From Dimorphilus gyrociliatus (Eukaryota; Animalia; Annelida), in the NCBI GenBank assembly GCA_904063045.1, contig CAJFCJ010000122.1:1-33864 (forward strand): DNA of 33,864 nucleotides. Reading direction: 5' to 3'. Positions 22,142-31,943 of this stretch are shown here, piece after piece. Numbering within the stretch: position 1 is the first letter of the stretch; every line of letters begins with the position of its first letter. A program made the translations under genes and the position numbers. The notes below the pieces were generated by a model that saw only the letters and a list, made by a program, of their open reading frames with translations, did not search any database and was not told the DNA's origin.

Positions 22142-23934
22142 TTAAAAAATATTTAAATGTACAAGTCCATCCAATAATTCATCCAAACTCAGTTCTCTTT
22201 CTTCAAATTTACTCCACAACTGAAATATTTTGAATTGTAAATCTTGATACTTCTTCTTTTGTATCTTTCTTAACTTTTTCTCAGACAATAACTTTTCAAA
22301 GATCTCTACTAACTCAGCTTCTCTTCTTAATTCTTTTATGAGGGAATACAAGTTCTCATCCATGTTCAAGTTTTTGTTAAGCCTGGAATGCCATGCCTCA
22401 ACATGATTGTTTGTTCTCACAGCCAATTGATAGACAGACCAGAATTTAGGAGGCCAAATGCTGCTTTTAATAAATGTTTCTTCAATATAATCAAGCAAAT
22501 CTGAAAAGAATTTCTTTTCACAAAGTTCTTCTTTTATTTGAAAAAACTTTTGTTCAATAAATTTTGCTGGAAGATAGGCCAAACACATCAATTTTTGTAA
22601 CATTTTCCCTTTATATTCATTTTCTTTATAATCATTAATGTATCCAAGTTTCTAACAAAAAATTTTCTATGAATATTTAATTGTTTGCAGTATTGTTTAA
22701 TCTACCTGAATGTTTCTCAAAATTGCTTGCTTGAAATGAAAAGAGCATCCTTGAAGGTCAGAATTAGGAAACTGGTCTTTAAGTGCCATCCATATAGCCT
22801 TTTCAAAATCAAGAACACATTTCCTGGGTGTTTTATCATTCAGTAATTTTCTTATCTCCTGTGTTCATTTATAAGGAGTTAAATTAAAAGTGAATATCAT
22901 ATTGAAAAATTTCAAACCTGAAGAACAGCAATATAGCAGTTTTTCTTTTTGCTACTCATCAGAACATAAATCAATGGAACCTGCTGATATTCATCATGTT
23001 TTTTCAAGAATCCATGAAATGAAAAGAGTTGATAAAATGGATCTCTAACAACTTTAAAAGTTGCATCAATGAACCAAATTTTACAACATTCAAGTAATTC
23101 TATTTGATGATTTGTACCAAATATAATACATCGATTTTTCTTTTCTTTTATATTTTTCAATAAGAAATCCTTTGGAATTTCATCTAGATTTATTTCAAAG
23201 TGTAAATCTCTAGGATGCTTTGGTCTTCTATTCTCTTTATATCTGGAAGCTTTTCTTCTTAGTGATTCTAATTCTGGTAAGTCTTCAATATTATCTTTAA
23301 ATTTAAGAATAATATCTTCTGCTATTCTTTTACCAGTTTTGTCATTGTCACAATTTGCCATTTCTTTCAAATCCATTCTTGATTGAAGAACATTTTCCAG
23401 ATTTTTATACAACTTATGAAGATGGTTTCCATTTTTTACAATGAAATTTGATCCTTTTTGTATTATGTATGCAGGACAAGGATTTTTAGCATATCTTTGA
23501 GTACATCTCCAGGTAATTGAACTCTCAGTTTTTCTTTTCATGGAATATGAACAATTTTTGTGTAGAAGTAAGTCTTTACCTTTGGTACTTCCACCAACAA
23601 CAATTTTGAATTCATCTGTTTCAGTTTCCATAATGTTACACTGCTCATCCATCTCAAATGAAGTTTCATCACTGATGTCAACTTTCATATCTCTCATATT
23701 TTGCCTATTATCAGGAAGATTCACCTCTTTTTCAATATTTGGTGATTCAGTTGAATTAAAGTCAAAAGAGAGTCTCAGCTGTCAAAAATAATTTAGAGTG
23801 AGATATTAATATTTTTTAAGCATTGAAATTACCTGATTTGTGTTGCTTTCACTTGCATAATCCATTGAAGATTCCATATCAATATCACTTTCTTGAAGAA
23901 TTTCACTCTGATGATAATTATCTATTTTCTTCAT
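22142..23934 (-). CDS. MULE 3 transposase (FLYWCH + MULE DDE), open across its exons but 5'-truncated
   Basis: MKKIDN..NQ | LRLSF..KGKDLLLHKNCSY..WRC..CPA..HLH; WFIDATFKVVRDPFYQL..VLQ | EIRK..LDFEKA..CSFHFKQAILRNIQ | KLGY..RTNNHVEAWH; GT-AG introns; no stops or frameshifts seen. Confidence 0.88.
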
Positions 23935-24082
23935 TTTTCAGTTTCTTTTCCAACTACAATTTCATCTGGAGTAACTCTTTGAAATGTATATTTAACTCCA
24001 CCAACAACAACACCATTTTCCTGTGTTCATAGAATACATTGCTAATAAAATGAATGAATCCCATGAACTCCTCGTCAGTAGC
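23934..24082 (-). pseudogene. Profilin-like exon fragment
   Basis: ATDEEF...(frame change) ENGVVVGGVKYTFQRVTPDEIVVGK resembles the profilin motif TxEE...NGxxxGGxKYxxxR; AG acceptors precede both pieces. Confidence 0.45.
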
Positions 24083-24149
24083 TGTAAGAAGTGTTTATTA
24101 TTAGTTGAATAGATTGGGAAAAAAAACAAGCACAAAATATTACTATTCT

Positions 24150-24562
24150 CTTACTTCAGTTTTGTGTATTTAATTTTTTGCTGACCCTCCAAACTTCAAA
24201 CATCCCATCTGATGTTAATAGTCCCCAAACCATTGTCTTAAGGCCTGCATCTACCTCCAACTCATTTAAAATCTTCCCTGCTGTCACCCTTTCCTTATTT
24301 TCTTAAGCCTCTTTACAATCCTATTCATTCTTGTTACATCTCTTTCTGTAAGTCTCTTTGGACAACCTCTATTCTCTGATTTGGGTGGCTTATATTTTAT
24401 AATATTGCTTATGGTAGACTTTGCCATTCTCAAAGCCCTTGCTGTTTCACTTACTTTTCCAAGTTCACCGTATTTCTGGATTATCAGGTTCCCAACATCT
24501 TTACCACATAACATAACTATATGAATGATATAAAAATTATAAAATGTAGGTAAAATAGACAA
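24150..24562 (-). mobile_element. Tc1-family transposase remnant with internal deletion
   Basis: HTH ETARALRMAKSTISNII..RGCPKRLTERD..RVTAGKILNEL joined directly to the catalytic-region motif MVWGLLTSDG. Confidence 0.75.
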
Positions 24563-24856
24563 AAAGTAAAGAATTTAACTTTAAAAATTAAATTTGTCTA
24601 AAAAATTTACTGTTTAAGATGTCTATTTAAATGCAAATCTGGATGTCCAATCAATTTTGATTTATGGCCAAGTAAAAAAAATTAAAATTACTAAAAACTT
24701 CTATCTGTTAACATTAACAAATATGATGATTTTCTCTATTACCTTTTAGTATTTACATTAAATTAACTCTTTTCTCATGGGAATTTACACAAAAACAACA
24801 AATTTAAAACAAAGATAACATTTTTGGATTGTTATCAAAATTGGCCTATTAAAATT

Positions 24857-25270
24857 TGTGGTGTTTGGATTCTTTAGTCATTTACTTTATGCATCTTGTA
24901 AAAATCTGCACAAGAAAATGCAATAACATTTGGCCAAACATAAATGTTGATTAGCCATTCTGAAGGTTCATCTTTAATTGCCAGTTAAGGTTTTGCCAAT
25001 TTATAATTCAATAAGCCTTCCTAAATGTTGAACTTATAACATCCTTTTATTAAAGATATACTGTATATAAGCTAGACAGTTTGGCAGTTGTAAAGTGATG
25101 ATTGGATATAAGAAGCAATTCACAAAGTATATAAGTTCTCATTACAAGACATTACATGTTCTTTAGGAGAAGGGTTCTGGGTGTCTCTATTAGTTTTCCT
25201 TGCAACTGTATCAGGTCTTGATTTAAAATATTTACTGTGTAACATCAATTGATTTGGACACCTTAGTACA
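24857..25270 (+). repeat. Diverged solo-LTR-like relative of the element B LTR; boundaries approximate
   Basis: CAAGAAAATGCAATAACATTTGGCCAAACATAA...TGAAGGTTCATCTTTAATT...CCTTCCTAAATGTTGAAC...TGTAAAGTGATGATTGGAT aligns to the LTR; ends AGTACA. Confidence 0.75.
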
Positions 25271-25355
25271 ATTAGATATTTGAGATTGTGGCCATAGAGA
25301 GGTATTTTAAGCATCTTTTCTGTATTCTAATATTGAAAAAGATAAAATATCTTAT

Positions 25356-25470
25356 TGTACAACTTTGGTTATATTTTACATGCTTGAACTCTATTATTTT
25401 ATGCAACATATACATGTACATCTTAAAACCTACTCAAGAAAATGCTATAACATTGGCCAAACATAAGTCT
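25356..25470 (+). repeat. 115-bp 5' fragment of the element B LTR
   Basis: TGTACAACTTTGG...CATAAGTCT, 1 mismatch to the LTR start. Confidence 0.95.
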
Positions 25471-25659
25471 TTTTCCTTGTTTGAATTGTAGAATTGATTG
25501 AATTTGGTTGATATTTGTAATAAGCAAATCGTTTACTGAGAAACACAGGCAGAAAGAAAGCGCAACACAGGCCTATCCATGATGCAATCACGGTTGTCTT
25601 TACCCTTTTCGAAGTGAGAATTTCACTAGAAAAGATATAAATGCTTTGTAAAAATAGAA

Positions 25660-28060
25660 ACATACAATGAAAACTTACTTTGTTGGATGTTTAGGTGAAA
25701 AGTAGCAATCTATAAACATCATCATGATGCTCAATATTGAAATTGTACCAGTTATTGTAAAGCCAACAGCCGAAAATAATATCACTAGATAACTCTTCAG
25801 TAAATCAATCCTTATAAATGGTCGACTATCTTCAATTGCAGGTGTTTCCAATCGCGAATTAAATAACCTAATAAATGATTCTCTACAGGAACAAGACGAA
25901 CACGTATAGCTTAGTAGGCGTTAAAGGATTGGTGAACGAAGAACATAAAACGACGCGGATCTGTATAGTATCTCTATCATTTCCTTCTTGTCTTTTGCAA
26001 TAGAAAACGAACACTGGAGCCACCTGACGGATTTTGTGAGAACTGTTTCTTTCTGGATAACAGAGTACTATTATTCAGAATTAATAAATCAATTAATACT
26101 TTGAAAGAGAAGATTCAAGAAAATTGAAAGAAATATGGAAATTAACGGTGAAATGATCTTACAAACAAAATCCTTTAAACATTGTCAATATTTAATGAGA
26201 TATTGAGCAGTATTTAACATTATAAACAATTAAATCTGTGGAAAAATGAGAAATCGTTAATTATAAGCTTGTTTTCTCTCTCTCTCTCTCTCTCTTTATC
26301 TAAAAAACAAGATTAAACCAATGCAACAATGAAAAATTAATCTGTATTGACATCGCTTAAGTAATCATTTCAAATATTCATGTTTTTATAATAATTTTGT
26401 TATATGAGTTATAGATATTATTGAGTTTGTCAGATATACTTTGATTATCAAATATGCTGATTGGCATCGAAATAGATATACACTACTCGAGATTTGCAAA
26501 CTATAGCTTGTACTATCATATTGGCAAATTTCCAACAGATTATCTCTCTTTCCAAGAACAATTACTGTATTTTCGTCAATATTCTCTCCTATTATTCCAA
26601 TTCCACTAACAAACTCATATGAAGAATAATGGATATTTGTCATTGAATTTTCCGACGCCAAACAACTCATTGGATTCTTCAGCAAAACTAAGACGAAATA
26701 AATTTTGTTTGACAAACAAACAAATGAAAACTAAATATATTTCTGTTAAACTTACTTAAAAGCCCGTAAAGGGAATAAACATAATTTCCAATGTCGTCTA
26801 TCCGTATTGTTGAAAGAGCTGTAATGATTATTTCACGAACAATCATTTCAGGGAATTGGTTGCACATCACGTGATTAAATTTTCGAAAGTCTATGTTGGA
26901 TTCGTAGATACGATTACCAATTGAGATGAGTTTAATTTTAATCGTCTCATTCCTGATTCTGATCCCAAGACACGATCTATAAAATATTTTCATCCTTTTG
27001 ATTGTAAAATTTAACAAAATGATCCAACAAACCCTGAATACAAAGTAGATTTAGAATTGTTGACGGTTCAATCTTTATTGTTAAATGACTATCTTCCAGT
27101 AATGTAACGCTGTTGTTACTTTTTACAAATTCGTCCCTAAACAAAGAATAGATTACAAATAAATTGTTGTGTTTGTAAGATGTCACGTGATAATTTTTTT
27201 CTGTCAGAAGAGGATATAGAAGACTATTATCATCAATGTCTTTCTTGTAAATATATATATTCGATATTTTCAAGTAATTTCCAGTATATAATTTTGCAAA
27301 TGATAAAAATGTTACGTATCTTCCAATACCGTAAGTTATCCTTCTCACTAGATGAGTTTTCAAAGATGACTGATAGGGATTAGAAATTTGGCCTATCAGT
27401 CTCGAGGGTGTTATACCGCCATAAGTTCATATTTTATGTAAATGGCAATGTTACGAATATTCTCATCTGAAAATTTTGTTCCAATTGGAAGTTCCGGAAG
27501 TAGCAAAAAGAGAAGAGAAACCTGATTTGTTGAAAATTATTCCTCTAACTCTTATATCTGTTACAGCGAGAAATGAACTTTGATATTTAATCAACCTTAT
27601 AAATGATCCTTGACAAGAGCAAATTTTACAAGTGTAACTACTAGGATTCATTTCCGGTTCTGATGGAATATGTCCTAATTGAATGAAACACAATTCATTG
27701 TAATCTTCTAATGCCTTTTCCGCATAAACTTTAAAATTTTTCAAATAATCTACCAAGGAAAATGTCTATAAGTAAAATAAAAAGCCAGGATAAGAGATGA
27801 TAATCTTGTATACCCGAATTAACTCTATTCCAGAAGCAAATTTCACTGATAAGATATTCATTTCCCAAATCAGAGTTGAACTCATCCTGGGAAAAATTAC
27901 CGTTGCTACCTGCCTCGGATGTTGTAGCAAATTTAGCTAAATACAAATCAGATTTGGTTGAAGATTTAAAAGCAGGGCGTTCGCTTGAACAGAGCCTGAA
28001 ATATTCAATATTTTTGAATTCATTTAGATATTCAAACGATAAAAAGAGGCTTTAGAATTT
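25660..28060 (-). pseudogene. Degenerate multi-domain FTP/F5-8 type C (lectin-like) membrane protein gene
   Basis: SDLGNEYLISEICFWNR; LKNFKVY; SYTCKICSCQGSFIRL..LAVTDIRVRG; GRYVTF..LKISNIYIY; second copy of SYTCSSCSCRESFIRL near 25900; hydrophobic segment near 25700-25800; frameshifts and stops. Confidence 0.45.
26275..26294. repeat. (TC)10 microsatellite
   Basis: Direct reading. Confidence 0.95.
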
Positions 28061-28216
28061 TGGGTAAAAGTCAAAGAAATCAATATATTATTATTTCGTG
28101 TTGAAATGAATTTTTTATTGATCAAACTGAGATATTAACTGCGTCAGTGCTCTATTGTGCATTGTAGGAGAAGTTTTAAGGTTGGATAATAACAATAGAA
28201 AATAGGCAATGGAGAC

Positions 28217-28567
28217 TTAAACACAGGTGTCAGTTAGGTTATTAGTGGCTGAAGTAAATCCCAAAATATGAAATGTTCCTGAATAGGAACCTTTTAGAAA
28301 GCACGTTGTACCTCCATTGAAATAGTCAATTCCCCTGAAAAATAGAAAACAATAATAGCAATTATAGAACAGTTCAAATTTGAAAGATTCTACAAACTGG
28401 CATTTATCAAATGAACTGCACACTTGTAAACATTCGTCAAATGATATTACTTTAGAATCTGATCCCCATAATGGATAAATAATGGGATTATTGGGAAATA
28501 CAACAGCATCTTCATGTAGTTTATAGAGAACATCTATATTTTTATTATACTGATTTTTAATGATCAT
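28217..28567 (-). CDS. PAN/apple-domain-containing exons
   Basis: Removing a probable short in-frame GT-AG intron gives DECLQVCSSFDKCQGIDYFNGGTTCFLKGS, a PAN cysteine pattern. Confidence 0.55.
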   Translation of the reverse strand: MIIKNQYNKNIDVLYKLHEDAVVFPNNPIIYPLWGSDSKVISFDECLQVCSSFDKCQFVESFKFELFYNCYYCFLFFRGIDYFNGGTTCFLKGSYSGTFHILGFTSATNNLTDTCV

Positions 28568-28627
28568 TTTTCCAAAAATAGATAGAACTACATACTCAAA
28601 TTTTCCACTGATATTATAAGATTCAGG

Positions 28628-28882
28628 TTAAGGAAGATTGTTGTAATCTTGACAAACTCCATAGTTTCTTATGATTGAAGAAATACGTTGATGAATTGAT
28701 GTAATGACAACTAAATATCCATAAATTGCTGTTATTCTCACAAAAAAGTTGGTCAATGTACTATTATTACTCTTAAAAGGGAAATAGAGCAATATAACAA
28801 TATTTGAAAATGTTCCAATGATTGAACAGGGTACTGTAAACATTAAAATCCTTTTTGATATATTATCCATTAGGTTTCGCAA
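28628..28882 (-). pseudogene. Class A GPCR fragment (TM1-TM2)
   Basis: CSIIGTFSNIVILLYF..NSTLTNFFVRITAIYGYLVVI, then a stop. Confidence 0.55.
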
Positions 28883-29142
28883 ATTTCAATTTAGATTAGA
28901 ATTATACGTTTCGTTTTCTTCTTGTTTCCAAACAATTCAAACCATGTTTTGATAGAGAAATGCTAACATTTTCACTTCTTCAACAAACAAGTAGAGGCCC
29001 TAGCCAATAGATGGCGACACTTACATTCAAGTCAACTCGCCCAAAAGTAAATGTATAAATCAGACCAACATGTTCACAGGGATAATATAGGCTCTATTAT
29101 GTCCACACCAAGAATTACCATTCAGGCTGGAAGAGTAACTGA

Positions 29143-29520
29143 TGAGAAACAAATATTTTTTTTAAAAGGGTAACAACTGCCAATAAAGAGAATGATGGTA
29201 GGGTCCTATATTCACAAACAAAAATCTTAGTATTCATGTTAATCTTTTTCATCATAAAAATGACTCCTCAATCGGCAAAACCAGTCTATTTTGGAAAAGT
29301 TGACGCCTATGGAAAGAATTTTGGAAAATTTTACGAAATAGTTAAATATACAATTTTTACAGGCCTATTACACTTTACCAATAACAGTTATGACTTTTAT
29401 ATTTATCTTCATCTAAATGGTAAAAAGTTTAGAAATGTTTTCTTTAAGATCATCTGTTGCAGGTGGAACCAGAAAGGACTAACACCAATCACTTCCTCTT
29501 TAATTGTTAAAAGTGGTTGA
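29143..29520 (+). pseudogene. Class A peptide-receptor-like GPCR fragment (ICL3-TM6-TM7-helix 8)
   Basis: TKILVFMLIFFIIKMTPQS; LLHFTNNSYDFYIYLHLNGKKFR (NS..F.IY...G.KFR pattern). Confidence 0.6.
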
Positions 29521-30003
29521 GTTCTATATGATTCTGAGTAAACAGGATAATAAATCTTGAACCATTCAAAAGACCTCCACACCAATAAAACATTCTAATG
29601 TATAAACTCGCTCAAACAGGACAAGCATTTCCTTTTGTTATTCAAAACCTATATAAAGCTGTTCAGCTTAGTGATATGGCTCTTTAGGTGTTATATATAA
29701 CATTTATTCAATACACTCTATTTGGAAAATGCTGGTATTTCATTTATACTCTTTGGTGAACATTCACTGTGTAGGGAAACCTATGGAAAAAAGCTTTGTT
29801 CTACTTTAACAAGAACCCTGAAAATTGGGCAATGAGATGGATGATATAACAGGGAAAGTTATGGTAACCATTGCAGTTGGATTCCGTGAACAATCCTCTT
29901 TCACTAATTTGAATACCAATCCGAGTAAATAGCAGCTATGCTCAAATAATTGTCATGTGAACTAGTAAAATCGCAATATATAGATTTTGGTTATTTTTAA
30001 GAG

Positions 30004-30210
30004 GGGATCGACAGAAAACGTCCACAAATGAGAAATTTCAAGACTAGATTTTGGATTGAGAAACGGTTAGGAAGAAGAAGACAGCAACTGATTCGTACTT
30101 AGGAGGGTCTCCTCTAAGGGTTAGGGATAATACAAAAGGTTAGGTACAGCCAAGGGCTGGGTTAGGGTTAGGGTAAAAGCACTGATTTGTGGACCTTTTC
30201 TGTCGCATCC
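30004..30210. mobile_element. 207-bp Mutator-type MITE
   Basis: ~26-bp TIRs (GGGATCGACAGAAAACGTCCACAAAT / ATTTGTGGACCTTTTCTGTCGCATCC); perfect 9-bp TSD TTTTAAGAG at 29995-30003 and 30211-30219. Confidence 0.92.
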
Positions 30211-30436
30211 TTTTAAGAGACATGAAAAAGAACAATAGAATAACAATAGGCTTAAATTTAAGATAATTTCGACATATCTATAAAACCTGAGTTTTGTGTA
30301 AACAGTTGATCAATAAATCTATTAGATTAAAATAGTAGATGAATTGTATGAAATGTCATGAATAAAATGCAAAATTGTATATTAGTTCATCTAGAAGAGG
30401 CCGCTAATTACAAATTGACGGAACTGAAGCATAATA

Positions 30437-30810
30437 TTAGGTGCGATCCGTATATTGTAGACGTTTTGTATGTTTAGCTCTAATAGTAAACTAATTTGAA
30501 TAATATTTGTTTAATGTCATAGCCTATAGTCTACTCTATAACAATTAACTATTTGAGTTTTTAATAGTCCCCCCCTCCCATTGTTTATACACATCTGCCA
30601 TTTGGATGGTAGTAAGTCAATGACATTCCGATAAAAGGAAGATGGTTTTCTCCTCAGAAATTCCCTGATATTATTTTTTAGCTCAACTAAATTATCATAG
30701 TCAACTCCCCTGATATGATCTTTTAGTTGTCCAAACAAGTAATAGTCAGATGGAGCCAAATCAGGGCTGTATGGGGGATGTGGACATATAGACCATCCCT
30801 GATTCATCAT
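30437..30810 (-). mobile_element. Mariner transposon 3' remnant
   Basis: HPPYSPDLAPSDYYLF...KWQMCINNG; TA plus TTAGGTGCGATCC TIR-like end at 30435-30450. Confidence 0.88.
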
Positions 30811-30816
30811 AAAATC

Positions 30817-31086
30817 TGTTGTGTATAGACTGGTATGGGGTCTGGCAAGATTGGTTATCTTGAACGTTCAACTTTCATTGCGGGTAAGGTATGGCCATGT
30901 TATAATTCAATTAGCCTTTTTAAGATATGACCTCCTTACTGGATATTTATCTGCTATTTCACGCTATCTACTCTCCAATTACACTTTGATGTTGTTACTT
31001 GATTAAGTATTCTATTTCGAATGAAATATTTAAATTAAACATTTTGTGGCAAAGCGAGGAGCTGAGCACTATTAAACATCTCTACA
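30817..31086 (+). repeat. Diverged, internally deleted LTR remnant of the element B family; boundaries approximate
   Basis: GGTATGGCCATGTTATAATTCAATTAGCCTT matches the LTR at 28/31; TTGTTACTTGATTAAGTATT..TAAACATTT also aligns. Confidence 0.7.
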
Positions 31087-31439
31087 AGTTTAATGAGTGT
31101 TTAAGTAGTTTATTCATCAGTTTGTAAGGGTCAAAACAACATCAGCCTATAAAGGATATTATCATATGAGCATTCATTTCTATTTCAATATAGGATTTTT
31201 TAAAATTCTATTTATACAGATCAGAGAATAGCATTTGCTGTTCCAGATCTCAATTCAAAATAGCATGGGGACTAAAACCATACTTTCAGAAAAACTTTCA
31301 GATATATTTTAAATTCAAAAACTGTTTATTTTAAAATTTAAACATGCATTGTGAGTAGAAATGAGGAAACTGATTTTGTCTATATTTTTAAATTATTCTT
31401 CTTCTGCAGTAATTTTTTTACAAAATTGGCCATAGTCAA

Positions 31440-31780
31440 TACATCAATTGATGCATTAAGAGAATTTTTAGGAAATAATCTCTTTATATGTAAATAGAAA
31501 ATTTTCGTATCAGCCTGAAAATTCTTAGCAAATGATTCATGATTACAATTCATTGAAATATCAAAACCTGAAAATAGATGTCCTGTAATGTAAAATCACC
31601 ATTCAAACTGAAATCTAATTCATGAATTAATTGAATAGCTTTTGCAATATGAATAAGACAATGGATATAATTTAGTTGTAAATAGAAATTTCGATTTTCT
31701 ATATCCATGGATAAGTGTTTGTCAGCTTTTGCCAGAATGAAATTTTTCCGATTTTGGTACTCTAAAAGATATCTAACTGC
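31440..31780 (-). pseudogene. Possible pseudokinase-like fragment
   Basis: LIHIAKAIQLIHELDFSLNGDFTLQDIYF weakly resembles kinase alphaE and the catalytic loop. Confidence 0.25.
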
Positions 31781-31943
31781 AAAAAAAAAAAGATATTAAA
31801 GAATTTCACAAAAAAATATATTTTCCAATGGAACCAGTTACATTTTCGAACATTTTCCATGGTATTCTCATTTATTATATCAGATCTATAATTTACATTA
31901 TCCTTCTATTAATATTAGTTTTAGAAAAGAAAAGAGAAAATGT

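Noticed and set aside
28980-29140. Minus-strand LNGNSWCG, resembling an F5/8C motif
   Set aside because: Too short and surrounded by stops to support a call.
30108-30175. TTAGGG repeats as an interstitial telomere
   Set aside because: Only a few scattered units, enclosed by MITE TIRs and a TSD.
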